From assembly GCA_965217185.1 (NCBI GenBank), contig OZ244252.1, forward strand, positions 1,632,001 through 1,696,000: a DNA stretch of 64,000 nucleotides, given 5' to 3'. Source of the stretch: an uncultured Candidatus Entotheonella sp. Its GTDB lineage: Bacteria; Tectomicrobia; Entotheonellia; Entotheonellales; Entotheonellaceae. A program made the position numbers and the translations under genes. The notes beneath the pieces were generated by a model. The model made no database searches. It saw nothing but the letters and a program-made list of their open reading frames with translations, and was not told the DNA's origin. Below are positions 19,631 to 29,657 of the stretch, piece after piece (position 1 is the first letter of the stretch; each line of letters opens with the position of its first letter).

Positions 19631-20668
19631 GTGAGTGCGGAGAACGGCGGGGCCTTGTTGGACGTCAGAGACCTGCAGAAGCTCTTCCCGATTCGTAAGG
19701 GCTTTTGGAAGCGGACCGTGGGGCATGTGCGGGCCGTTGATGGGGTGAGTTTCACCCTCAATGAAGGGGAAACGCTCGGGCTCGTGGGGGAGAGCGGTTG
19801 TGGCAAGACCACTACCGCACGCTGTATTTTGCAAGCGCTGAAGCCAACCCAGGGACAAATCTTGTTCCGCACGGAGGCGGGCGCGGTCGTCGACGTGGCC
19901 ACCTTGGACAAAACCGAGCTGCGGGCGCTCCGACGAGAAATGCAGATGGTCTTCCAAGACCCCTTTACGTCTCTCAACCCGCGCATGACCCTGCTCGACA
20001 TTGTGGGCGAGCCTTTACGGGTACATGGGATGAAGAAACGCCGTGAACGCGAAGCGCGGGTGGCCGAACTCCTGCGTTTGGTTGGGCTGCGGGCGGAATA
20101 CATGCGGCGCTTCCCGCACGCCTTCAGTGGTGGCGAACGGCAACGCATCGGCATTGCCCGGGCTTTTGCGCTGCATCCACGCCTGGTGATCGCCGACGAG
20201 CCGGTATCGGCGTTGGACGTCTCTGTGCAAGCGCAAATTCTCAACTTGCTGCTTGACCTGCAAACGGAGCTGCGCCTGACCTACCTTTTTGTGGCGCATG
20301 ACCTGAGTGTGGTGAAGCATATTAGCGACCGGGTGGCCGTCATGTATGTTGGGCAGCTGGTCGAGTTAGCACCCACTGAGCAGCTTTTTATGGCTCCCAA
20401 ACACCCTTACACGGATGCCCTGCTTTCCGCCGTGCCTGAACCCGACCCGCGCCAGCGTACACGACGTATTGTCCTGCAAGGCGAGGTGGCCAACCCCGCC
20501 GATCCGCCCTCCGGGTGTTACTTTCACCCCCGTTGTCCACATGCAATTGAGGTTTGCCGTACGCAGGCGCCGACGTGGGAAGAGGTCGCACCGCAGCATT
20601 TTGCGCGTTGTCACCGCGCCCACGAGTTGCAGCTCATAGGTGTGGAAGAAGTCGCCAGGACCACCTAA
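19631..20668 (+). CDS. ABC transporter ATP-binding protein (DppF/OppF-like)
   Basis: [35 protein letters not shown] start after GAGGAGG. Confidence 0.93.
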   Translation: MSAENGGALLDVRDLQKLFPIRKGFWKRTVGHVRAVDGVSFTLNEGETLGLVGESGCGKTTTARCILQALKPTQGQILFRTEAGAVVDVATLDKTELRALRREMQMVFQDPFTSLNPRMTLLDIVGEPLRVHGMKKRREREARVAELLRLVGLRAEYMRRFPHAFSGGERQRIGIARAFALHPRLVIADEPVSALDVSVQAQILNLLLDLQTELRLTYLFVAHDLSVVKHISDRVAVMYVGQLVELAPTEQLFMAPKHPYTDALLSAVPEPDPRQRTRRIVLQGEVANPADPPSGCYFHPRCPHAIEVCRTQAPTWEEVAPQHFARCHRAHELQLIGVEEVARTT

Positions 20669-20669
20669 G

Positions 20670-20985
20670 CTGTCTATCAACCGCTGGCGCCAGGAATTTG
20701 GCGGCCTGAAGATCAGTCAGGTCAAACGCCTCAAGGAACTCGAAACCGAAAACGCCCGCCTGCGGCGCGCCGTATCGGACCTGCCCCTGGACAAGGTCAT
20801 CTTGCAGGAGGCCGCCCGGGGAAACTTCTGAGCCCCGCACGCCGCCGTCTTTGTGTCGAGCATATCCGAGAGCAACTGGGCATCTCGGAGCGCCGTGTCT
20901 GCCGAGCACTCGGGCAGCACCGCTCGACGCAGCGCAAGCCGCCGCAGGGGCGCGGGGACGAGGCCCGCCTGACCGAAGACATCAT
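20670..20985 (+). pseudogene. IS3 family remnant (end of orfA, start of orfB)
   Basis: RWRQEFGGLKISQVKRLKELETENARLRRAV..AARGNF with GGGAAACTTCTGA frameshift-type junction, then RRRLCVEH..SERRVCRALGQHRSTQR. Confidence 0.85.
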
Positions 20986-21230
20986 CCCAATATCTCACGA
21001 AGTGTCATTCGATCGTTGAAGGGGAGAAAATACAATCCGGTATCCGGGTCTGGCTCATCGAGAAGCAGTTTTACAACTCAGCTTGCTATCTGGCTTCCAT
21101 TTGGTATGTAATCAATACTCCGATGTGTACACTGCTATCCAGGATGGGAATCGAAGGGGCGAGCTGGAACTCGAATCACGGTCATGTCGCACGTGGGTGT
21201 CGCATGGCCCTCGTATAGAGGAATCATCAG

Positions 21231-22619
21231 ATGCCAGTTCAGACGTTTGAACCGATGACTAAAGATTTTGCGACATTTGACTGCGATGCCCACGTGACGG
21301 AACCCGCCCGCATTTGGGAACGGGCACCCGAACATTTGACTCGGGACGAGCTGGAGGCCCTCAAAGCGACGATCTGGTGGGACGCAGAGACGCAGCAACT
21401 CATCGTCAATGGAAGAGCGGGCGCGGGCATTGGCTCCCAGAGTCGCGGCGGCATTCCCGGCACCATGCGGGTGATTACGAACGCCGGACCCGGGGTTAAA
21501 CACGACATTCAGCGCGCCCTCAATGTGCGCAATCTCAACCCCGAGACGGCGCTCACCCAGGAGCAAGTTGCGTACTTGGATCATCCCGGCTCCTACGAGC
21601 CCGAGCCGCGCCTGCGCGATATGGACGTACAGGGCATTGACCAAGTAATGATCATTCCCACCGATATCGATACCTACCCGTGGTTGCAAAACGCTGTGGG
21701 CGCCAAGGCGTTTTGCAAGGCCTACAACGAGTGGGCCTACGAGTACACCCTGGCTGATCCGCAACGGCTCTTTTTTGCCGCCATGCTCCCCATGCAGAAT
21801 CCCAGATATGCGGCAGATGAAGTCTACCGCGTGGCTGAACAAGGATGCCGCGTGGCGCTGGTGCGCCCCATCGACGCCATGGGCAATTACCCCTTGCAAC
21901 CCAAATACGAGCCTGTCTGGCAGGCGATGGCCGACACCGGCGTGGTCTACGGCATGCACCCATTCCCTGCTGGTGGCAACCTCAAGCCGTCGGGTTATGC
22001 CGAACAGCATTCCAGCGCCGAGCTGATTCGGAGAACCGTATCGACGTCAGGTCTGCCGCACTCGTTGCTGTCCAACGTGCAGAATTTTCAGGCCGAGGCT
22101 TCTCTCTGGGTAACCCTGGTGCTGATGTCCGGTTTTTTCGAGCGCTATCCCACGATCAAAGCCGCCGTGTTTGAAGCCTCCTCCACGTGGCTGAGCTTCC
22201 TGCTCGACGAGTGTGACAAGGCCTATAAGCTCTATCGCAACGAGCGCCAACTGCCGCCCCTCAAACGCTTACCCAGCGAGACCTTTTTTCAGCACTGCAT
22301 CACCGGCTTTGAGGGCGATGAAGCGCCCCCGTCACGCTTTCCCGAATTCTACCGGGACATCCTGGCCTGGTCCTCAGATGTCTACCACCACGACGGCGAT
22401 GACGCTTGGCGGGCCATTGAGATGATGCAGCAGTGCAACCTGTCGGTCGATGACCAGGCTCGGTTCCTGGGGGCAAACGCTCGCCGCCTGTACATGATTG
22501 AACCGCCCAAGAACATCATCCGCGAGCGGGTTTGCCAAATTCAACGGCCCGATTGGTGGCCGACTGAGGCGGAGGTCGAAGCCTCCCTTGCACCCGAAGC
22601 CTCTGTGACCCATCGTTAG
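21231..22619 (+). CDS. Amidohydrolase family (Amidohydro_2-like) protein
   Basis: DCDAHVTEP, RLRDMDVQGID, AYNEW, GMHP, WSSDVYHHD, GANARRLY. Confidence 0.88.
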   Translation: MPVQTFEPMTKDFATFDCDAHVTEPARIWERAPEHLTRDELEALKATIWWDAETQQLIVNGRAGAGIGSQSRGGIPGTMRVITNAGPGVKHDIQRALNVRNLNPETALTQEQVAYLDHPGSYEPEPRLRDMDVQGIDQVMIIPTDIDTYPWLQNAVGAKAFCKAYNEWAYEYTLADPQRLFFAAMLPMQNPRYAADEVYRVAEQGCRVALVRPIDAMGNYPLQPKYEPVWQAMADTGVVYGMHPFPAGGNLKPSGYAEQHSSAELIRRTVSTSGLPHSLLSNVQNFQAEASLWVTLVLMSGFFERYPTIKAAVFEASSTWLSFLLDECDKAYKLYRNERQLPPLKRLPSETFFQHCITGFEGDEAPPSRFPEFYRDILAWSSDVYHHDGDDAWRAIEMMQQCNLSVDDQARFLGANARRLYMIEPPKNIIRERVCQIQRPDWWPTEAEVEASLAPEASVTHR

Positions 22620-22630
22620 ATCGGAGAGAC

Positions 22631-23935
22631 ATGATGACCCGACAAAAGAACTTTGCGGTCTTCGACGGCGATGCCCATGTGGTGGAGCCGCGGACGGTAT
22701 GGGAGCAGTACCTCGATCCCGAGTACCGGGTGTTGGGCAAACACGCCTTATGGCGGGAGGATGGCAAGACCAATGCCTACCTCAAAATCAACGGTGAGAT
22801 ACATCGGGATACGACAAACATCAACCTGCCTCGGCACGCTCTGTGGCGGCCCGGCATGACCTGGGATTCGGTCGGCGAGTTGGACCCCGATGTCCGCCAC
22901 GCCATGAACGAGGGCGCCTGGGAGCCTCAGGCTCGGCTGCGAGACATGGATGCCATGGGCGTGGACCAGACCCTGCTCTACCCCACGTGGTTTGCCGAAG
23001 GGTTTCACCTGGTGCATGACCCCGATGTTGCCTATGCGCTGGCCCGCGCCTATAACCATTGGATTGCCGATTTCTGCCAGGCGGCCCCGGAGCGCCTTTT
23101 TGCCGTGGCCATGGTGCCGTTGCAGAACATGGATTTCGCCCTTGAGGAACTTCAGCGGGTCGCTGACATGCCCTGTTTCCGCGCGGCGTTTATCCGGCCG
23201 ATGTTTATCGAGGAGCGCTACTTCACCCATCCCTACTACGACACGCTGTGGGCGGAACTGGAGCGCCTGGGACTGACGGCTGCCGTGCACCCGACGCCGG
23301 GCTTGTGGAACCCGGAGTGGACGTCGCATGGTCCGTTTTTTGAAAAAATACGTGACCGGCTGCACGAGTTCTCGCGCCTTGCCGGGGGCGGCGGACCGTA
23401 TTCGGGCGGCGGCAATGGGATACACGGGGCCAGTTTCTTCACTGCCGCGACACCCCTCGGCCATCCGGTGGCGCCGATTCTATCCGGCTGGTTGGACAAC
23501 CATATGTTCGTTGCCTCGGTGCTGATTGGCTTTACCGTGATGCAGCGCTATCCCGAACTGCGATTTGTGGTGGCGCATGGCAAAGCGTCCTGGATGGAGG
23601 AAGTGCTGGAGAAAATGGAGGCTTCGGCAAAGGTCATTCCCCTGTTGCACACCTATCCGGTGCACACGGAGCCAGAGGAGCTGTGGGCAGAGGGTCGGGT
23701 GATGTTGGGGTTTGATGCCGAGGAGCGGCTGATTCAGAAACTGCCCGAGGACTTTGCTGCAAAGGTCGTCTGGGGCTCGCATTATCCCCACCACGACACC
23801 ACCAGTGCCTGGGATGCCATGGACAAACTTACCCAAGCCAATGTACCGGACTCCCTGATTACCCGTATGATGGGAGGGAATGCCGCCCAGCAATTTGGTA
23901 TTGAGCTCATACAGACGGTGAGTGTTCAGGCTTAA
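22631..23935 (+). CDS. Amidohydrolase family (Amidohydro_2-like) protein with atypical motifs
   Basis: DGDAHVVEP, RLRDMDAMGVD, AYNHW, AVHP, WGSHYPHHD, GGNAAQQF. Confidence 0.88.
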   Translation: MMTRQKNFAVFDGDAHVVEPRTVWEQYLDPEYRVLGKHALWREDGKTNAYLKINGEIHRDTTNINLPRHALWRPGMTWDSVGELDPDVRHAMNEGAWEPQARLRDMDAMGVDQTLLYPTWFAEGFHLVHDPDVAYALARAYNHWIADFCQAAPERLFAVAMVPLQNMDFALEELQRVADMPCFRAAFIRPMFIEERYFTHPYYDTLWAELERLGLTAAVHPTPGLWNPEWTSHGPFFEKIRDRLHEFSRLAGGGGPYSGGGNGIHGASFFTAATPLGHPVAPILSGWLDNHMFVASVLIGFTVMQRYPELRFVVAHGKASWMEEVLEKMEASAKVIPLLHTYPVHTEPEELWAEGRVMLGFDAEERLIQKLPEDFAAKVVWGSHYPHHDTTSAWDAMDKLTQANVPDSLITRMMGGNAAQQFGIELIQTVSVQA

Positions 23936-23951
23936 CGCCCCAAGGCAATGG

Positions 23952-24110
23952 CTAGAGCACTTTCGGATCAATCTGACTCGCTCGTTCGTCACCGTCCATC
24001 ACTCCCCACTTGAGGGGGAGTCGGCGAAACAAGGGCGCAGCCCGCAGGCGAGCCGGTGGGGGGAACTCATCGCAGTGCAACCAATGCAATCAGATACGAA
24101 AATGCTCTAG
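23952..24110. mobile_element. MITE-like element with terminal inverted repeats
   Basis: CTAGAGCACTTTCG ... CGAAAATGCTCTAG (13/14 IR) enclosing an internal hairpin ACTCCCCACTTGAGGGGGAGT. Confidence 0.55.
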
Positions 24111-24374
24111 TGCCCGGCATAAGCCGGGCCATTTGCCGGCCATCCGATTTCTTCCGATGGAACCCCCGCCAATGCTGCCGCAGAAAGGATGACATGTCAT
24201 CGGTCCTTTCTGATCATGCGCAGTCCGGGTTTAGGGTGCGGCCTTGCCTGGCGACCTTCCCACAAGCCCACGCCTCGTCGTGCTTTCGGCCATTCAGAAA
24301 TGCAAAAATGCCCACTCTTTCGTGATGCAGCACAACCCTGGCATGGCGCATCGCCGCGTCCATGGACCTCGGAA

Positions 24375-25139
24375 TCAGCCGATGACCCGTTCCACCGGCA
24401 CACCCCGGACGTCCATTTCAAAAGCCAATCCTTCGACCGGCGGTCGGGCGTAAGTCCATGTGACACCGTCCGGTGCCGCACCGCGGCGGACGACCTCGTC
24501 GGCAAGAAAACCGTGAATATCGTGGACCGTGTAGACTTGGCTCGTGGTGGCGTCTGCCCACGTCAAGCCGAGCGCCGCCATGCGAAACTCCATCGCACCG
24601 AGGACGAATTGCGCCTTTTCTCGCATCGCATCGGGCGCCGTGTCCCCGAGACGGATGATCCGGTCCGCATACCCGCCCGGTCCTTCGGGCGCTTCGCCGG
24701 AGCCCGAGATGACGAAGCTCTTCACCTCTGCCGCGTCGCTCGCCTCTGCCGGCATGGTGTACGAGAACGCGTGAAAGCAGGGTGCGGTCGGAGGATCGAC
24801 CTCGGGACATACGTTTGACCGCGCAACGGGATTCTCGTCGTCCTTGAAGATGCCCCAGCGTTCGAGCGTGTGCACATAGACCCGATTGAAGGCAATGAAG
24901 CCTTCTTCCGTAAACTGGCCGGGCGAGCGCAGTTCGCACGCGCAAAACGCGGTGAGCGGTCGTCCGAGAGCGCCGAGATGCCTCTCGATCCGACGGAACC
25001 CCTCGTCAAGCGGTACGGGTCGTGCGAACCGGGCACGTTCCATGACGTATCCCCGCTCCGCCGAGACGCCCCCCGAGTACTGGAACCGCCCCCGCACGTA
25101 GCGATACCCGCCGGGCTCAAAAACTGCTGTTTCCGCCAT
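24375..25139 (-). CDS. CnbZ-like (2-amino-5-chloromuconate deaminase-like) protein
   Basis: GGYRY..G.FQYSGGV, GRPLTAFCACELRSP, NPVARSNVCP, SFVISGSGE, RPPVEGLAFEMDVRGV; GGAG RBS. Confidence 0.7.
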   Translation of the reverse strand: MAETAVFEPGGYRYVRGRFQYSGGVSAERGYVMERARFARPVPLDEGFRRIERHLGALGRPLTAFCACELRSPGQFTEEGFIAFNRVYVHTLERWGIFKDDENPVARSNVCPEVDPPTAPCFHAFSYTMPAEASDAAEVKSFVISGSGEAPEGPGGYADRIIRLGDTAPDAMREKAQFVLGAMEFRMAALGLTWADATTSQVYTVHDIHGFLADEVVRRGAAPDGVTWTYARPPVEGLAFEMDVRGVPVERVIG

Positions 25140-25486
25140 ATCACATCTCCGGTAGTTGGAGTTACAGACTTGCGACTCGACTCAAATCCAGCTCTGTACC
25201 TGTATTTCGTTGAACCTCCCGAAATCACTTGTTGGCGATAGGGGTCAAATCACAGACTATGTCGTTTCATGGCAAAAATATCCCCTCATCCCCACTTAGT
25301 CACGCTCTTTCAGAGATATTCAACCGTGCGTTCACCCGGTTGAAGACGTGGTACACCAAACCGCCATCATCCGCTTGTTTCCGCTACCCATCCCTATAGC
25401 CAACGGAATCTCCGCGCCCAGCAAGAAACGGTTTCTGGCACCTTTTCTTCTTGAACTCGAAGCCGTGGTCAAGGACCTTCACCCCG

Positions 25487-25755
25487 ACGTCGCGGGCGAG
25501 GACAGCGTCGGCATCGGCACCGACTTCACCCAGGGCTACGGGCGGAAATTCTTCCACTGGATCACCCACGACAAGGGCTACGCCCGGCGGCTCACGGAGT
25601 TCGGTGAGATCGTCAACCCGGAAGGCATCCGGACCATCGGCGAACTCCCGAACCTGACCGCCGCGATGGTTCGACAGGGTTGGCCGGGGGCGCGAATCCG
25701 GAAAATCATGGGCGAAAACTGGCTGTCACTGCTCGCCCGGGTCTGGGGCGAGTAG
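25487..25755 (+). pseudogene. 3' fragment of M19 dipeptidase (duplicate of 13852-14120)
   Basis: VAGEDSVGIGTDFTQGYGRKFFHWITHDKG...LLARVWGE; no cognate 5' part. Confidence 0.9.
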
Positions 25756-25794
25756 GCCGCCTGGCCGCACCGGAAGTCCCCAGCAAGGAGCGGG

Positions 25795-25991
25795 CAATGG
25801 GGTGGTTGGGCCATCCGTCGGGCACCAGCGAAATCGCCTTAGCCCACGGACCAAGGCGTGGGGCAAGCTGCGTGAGTTGAGGATAGATTGCAATTGCTTT
25901 CGAGTCTGCGCATGCAATTCTAAAGGAGCCAACAGGCGTCCTGTCCGCATCGGTCTCTCCTCTCTGGAAATATGTTCTGAGAGGAATCTAA
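25795..25991 (-). pseudogene. IS630 family transposase 5' remnant with left end
   Basis: MRTGRLLAPLELHAQTRKQLQSILNSRSLPHALVR after GAGGAG RBS resembles an IS630 N-terminus; end sequence shared with 14157-14197. Confidence 0.65.
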
Positions 25992-27295
25992 GGACTCTCG
26001 CCAAAATAGATCATTGATTAGCGTCTTGGGGACACCGTATAGTTCCACTCCCCATGGAACTTATCGCGTTCGATAACAATTCTCGCCATCTGGTCCTCCG
26101 TCACCTCTCGACCCGTCGGATAGCTCCCCTCGTCCAACCCCGCCTGTATCTCCAGACCGCCCTTCGTAGTCGTGTTGCCGATCAAGTTCACCACCGCCTC
26201 ACGGCTTACCAACGGGCGTCCACGCCAGTTCTCGGTAATGTGACAGAACATCCGGTGCTCGATCTTGTTCCACTTGCTCGTTCCGGGCGGGAAATGGCAC
26301 ACCGATATCGCCAGCCCCAACTCATCAGCGAGCCGCTGCAGCTCCAACTTCCACAGGCGGTTGCGGCTGGCGTTGGAGCCGCCACCGTCGGCCGTGATCA
26401 GCAAGCGCTGTGCCCCACCATAGACACGCCATCCCATCTGCCGCCACCAACGCCGAATCGTCGCCACCGCAAACGCTGCCGTGTCGGGGTCCACCCCGAC
26501 ACTGACCCAGCCCTCGTTGGCCACCAAGTCGTACACCCCGTAAGGAATCGCCTTGCCCAACTCCTTGTCCGGGAAGTCGTACACCTTCACCTCCTCCGGC
26601 CGCCCCTGCGGTCGCCATTCTCGCCCGCCGTTGCGGTACTGGCCTATCAATTCCTTCTTCTTCGTGTCTACCGATATCACCGGCTGACCCTGATCCTGGA
26701 ATGCTTGGCAGCGTTCGTTGATATGTGCAAACTGAGCGTCCCGATCAGGATGCTGGCGGCCTTCCAGCGTCTTGCGGTTCGTCTGCAACCGGTAGCCCAA
26801 CTCGTGCAGCATCCGGTTCACCGTCCGTTCACTCACCGGATGACCCTGCGCTTGCAGTTGCGCGGCCAACTTCGCTGCACTTTTGCAGGTCCAGCGCAAC
26901 GGACTTGTCGGATCACCACGGCTGAGCGGTTCAACCAACTGCTCCAACGCCGTGCGCAGGTCCGGGTCCTGTTCGCTCAGCCGCTTGCGGCCCCCGCCCG
27001 CTCGGCGTTGCCGTCCCGCAGGCGCCGCTGGCGGACCCTGCGATTGCGTAGCGCCCAGTTCCTGCAAGCCTGCGCGTACCGTGCTGCGTGCGATGCCGGT
27101 CGCCTGGAACACCCGTTCGATCCCGCCACGACCGATGGCGCGGGCTTCGGTCGCCGCCCATCGACGCCGGCCTCGTTCGTCCAACAACGGCTTCAGTGCC
27201 TCGAACTTCTCTTTGATGGTCTGCGACACGGCGTTCATCCGCACAGCATACCAGGTTATTCTGCAAAAATGGATGATCTAATTTGGCGAGAGTCC
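25992..27295 (-). mobile_element. Complete ISAzo13 family insertion sequence
   Basis: Terminal IRs GGACTCTCGCCAAAATAGATCAT / ATGATCTAATTTGGCGAGAGTCC, flanked by TAA target duplication (25989-25991, 27296-27298). Confidence 0.92.
26018..27244 (-). CDS. ISAzo13 family transposase
   Basis: ISVDTKKKEL, ITADGGGSN, PPGTSKWNKIEHRMF, FHGEWNY motifs; intact 408 aa. Confidence 0.95.
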   Translation of the reverse strand: MRMNAVSQTIKEKFEALKPLLDERGRRRWAATEARAIGRGGIERVFQATGIARSTVRAGLQELGATQSQGPPAAPAGRQRRAGGGRKRLSEQDPDLRTALEQLVEPLSRGDPTSPLRWTCKSAAKLAAQLQAQGHPVSERTVNRMLHELGYRLQTNRKTLEGRQHPDRDAQFAHINERCQAFQDQGQPVISVDTKKKELIGQYRNGGREWRPQGRPEEVKVYDFPDKELGKAIPYGVYDLVANEGWVSVGVDPDTAAFAVATIRRWWRQMGWRVYGGAQRLLITADGGGSNASRNRLWKLELQRLADELGLAISVCHFPPGTSKWNKIEHRMFCHITENWRGRPLVSREAVVNLIGNTTTKGGLEIQAGLDEGSYPTGREVTEDQMARIVIERDKFHGEWNYTVSPRR

Positions 27296-27816
27296 TAAGT
27301 ATCTCTACGTACGTCTCCAGGGAAAACTACCTTGGTTGAGAGATTTCATAACCGATATGCCCGCCTGGAAGCATATCAAGGCACTTCGTCGCAGATACAC
27401 ACATCAGTGGGCCCTACGAAAAAAGTGGTCCCTGCAAAAAAAACTTCCTAAGTAGGCCGGAAGAGATGGCCAAGCTAAAGCACCGTTGATAGAAACTGCC
27501 GGCAAGCGGCATTCTGTAAACCTTAGGAATGGGCGTAGGTCTCAAATTGACCAGTTAGGCGGCCCGTCCGTGCGCCAATTTTGTAGATAAACCAACAATA
27601 CCCCAGAGGAGTGCTGCCCATCACCCACCGTCCTACGTGACACTTTGTCACCTCGCGCATCAATCATGTCCCCAAGCCGTACCAAACCCCCTCAGAATCG
27701 CTCAATTTCGGACTTACACCCTTAGGAATGATCGAAATCCGTGCTACTGCTGGACTTACGCGTTTCGGCCCGGCACCGGCCTTTTCTCCCACCGAGACCC
27801 CCTTCTCACGGGATTC

Positions 27817-28320
27817 TCACCCACAAACAATGGGGGGCCGCTGGCGACTGCGAGCCTCCCTAACAGCCTGCATGACGCGCCAAGATAGCCTGGAAGCCAC
27901 CCTTTGGTCCCGGTCATTGCCCTGCGGCGACGAGTCCCGACCATCCGGCCCTGACGACGAAGGATGCCGACTCGCGTCGATCACAAGGGCGACTATCATG
28001 CAACTCGTCACCCCAAGAAACAGGACGGCTAGGGCGACGAAGCTGACCTTCGCCAGATCCCACGCCCACAGGCTGTGGATCATATTGACAAGTCCAGCCA
28101 CGATGCCCGCGGCCAACGGCACAAGCAGGCACAAACCCCCGGCAATCGTCCACGCATCGTGCTTCGGAGGTACGCCTACTACCGAAAGCCACGTGGATGC
28201 CACCGACCAGCAAATCGGATCCGCCTGGAGGCCGAGGCAGCGCCAGGCATCTGCTTCCCGGTCATGCAGGTGCCCGCACGTCAGGCGGCCCTGACGGGAC
28301 CGCAAAAGCCACGCTCTCAT
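27817..28320 (-). CDS. Possible small membrane protein
   Basis: Two hydrophobic segments (WTIAGGLCLLVPLAAGIVAGLV; VSFVALAVLFLGVTSCMIVALVI); start unclear. Confidence 0.3.
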   Translation of the reverse strand: MRAWLLRSRQGRLTCGHLHDREADAWRCLGLQADPICWSVASTWLSVVGVPPKHDAWTIAGGLCLLVPLAAGIVAGLVNMIHSLWAWDLAKVSFVALAVLFLGVTSCMIVALVIDASRHPSSSGPDGRDSSPQGNDRDQRVASRLSWRVMQAVREARSRQRPPIVCG

Positions 28321-28773
28321 ATCGCATCACTCCCCATGCAGGGTCCCTCGCCGACGACCCAGGCTGGTAGGCGGAGTAGGCAGCCACGAGCAGCGTCACG
28401 GCCTGTTGTATTCGGGAGCTACCAGTCTGAAACCAAGCGCAAAGGAGGTATGTCGAATACGCTTAACCCAGGGCTTGAACAACACCATCCAGCCACCGTG
28501 GCCCTGCCGGGTGTGCATGCCACGCCAGGACACCATCCCCTACCATGCAGACATGCTGAAATTGATGCTCGCCGCTGGGTACGAAAAAAGCTTCTCTGCC
28601 ATCCAGGCCGCACCAACGTCATTACTGAACTGAAAACGCGCTCAAAGCGACGCGCCTGTACCTCCCTCGGGAATCTCGTGACCGCCGCCGGCACGTGCCC
28701 TCGCACGCGTTCCTGGGCAGTAGAAAGACTGTCTACCCCACGGAGGTGCCCCGGCCTTTTCGGAAATCTCACT

Positions 28774-28905
28774 CACCGCGGCGTTGCCGAGGTTGGCTTT
28801 TGCAGGGCATTACGCAGCGCTTCAACTTTGGTTTCGTGTTCTTCAAGCAGCCTCAACCCGGCCCGTGCCACGTCACTGGCGGAGTTGTAGCGACCGGAAG
28901 TACGG
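28774..28905 (-). pseudogene. ParD-family (RHH) antitoxin remnant
   Basis: Manual translation [34 protein letters not shown], the conserved ParD core; N-terminus lost, no parE visible. Confidence 0.7.
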
Positions 28906-29297
28906 AAAGGGGACCTTCGAGGCTTAACGTGGCATTCCGATCTTATCCGCAACTGACCCCAAGGAGGCCGACGGCAGCCGCGGGTTCTTCTGCGGCATGT
29001 TCAACGCCCTGAACACGTCATGGCTGGCCGTAGAGAGCCAGAAGCCTCGAAGCGGGTCGGATGCCAGGACTGAAATCGGGTTGTCGGCGCCGCGGGGAGT
29101 CTGGAACCCTTCCGGAGCGAGCCCCTGAAGGGGCCGCCGCCAAGTTCTGATAATCGTACATTCTGTATACTTTGCAGCGGTCCTGAAAAATCACCAAGTC
29201 TTTGTGGATTGTGCCATCCCGATCTCGTTCTCGCCTGTCAGCCGTCCAAGTTCCTCTTTCCGGTTTAGGTCTCCATCTACAAAGTACGATCAGCTGG

Positions 29298-29597
29298 TCA
29301 AGGGTCGCTGCAGTTGACGACGACGTTATCCCTTTCGCAGTCGATTTCCCACTCACCATGGTGCCACTCGCCGTAGCAGCGTCCGGGGCCGATGGGGTTG
29401 CCGAAGGACAGGTCGTTATTGAAGTCTACGAGTAGGCGGTGCTCGAGAGCGTGTTCCAGAGCGCTCAGCTCGCTTCTGGATAGTCGTCTTCCAGACGCCA
29501 GGTCGTAGCACAGAGGGTGGTCCGCGTGGTAGTGATCCTCGACGATACAGCCGCTCAGGACTGCGAGCAGTAATAGGAAAAGTGTTGTTCTTTTCAT
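29298..29597 (-). CDS. Small Cys/His-rich lipoprotein
   Basis: MKRTTLFLLLLAVLSGC lipobox; four further Cys. Confidence 0.6.
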   Translation of the reverse strand: MKRTTLFLLLLAVLSGCIVEDHYHADHPLCYDLASGRRLSRSELSALEHALEHRLLVDFNNDLSFGNPIGPGRCYGEWHHGEWEIDCERDNVVVNCSDP

Positions 29598-29657
29598 GGT
29601 GGCTACCATTACTCGTAAGGCAGTGACGCCTACTTCGTATAAGTCTTCATTACTGCA

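Noticed and set aside
25348..25755. 135-aa ORF as an independent gene
   Set aside because: Chimera of unrelated upstream sequence and the duplicated dipeptidase 3' end
28075..28890. 271-aa plus-strand ORF (internal AAAGGAGGT-ATG at 28450)
   Set aside because: No recognisable family, and its 3' part is antisense to the parD remnant
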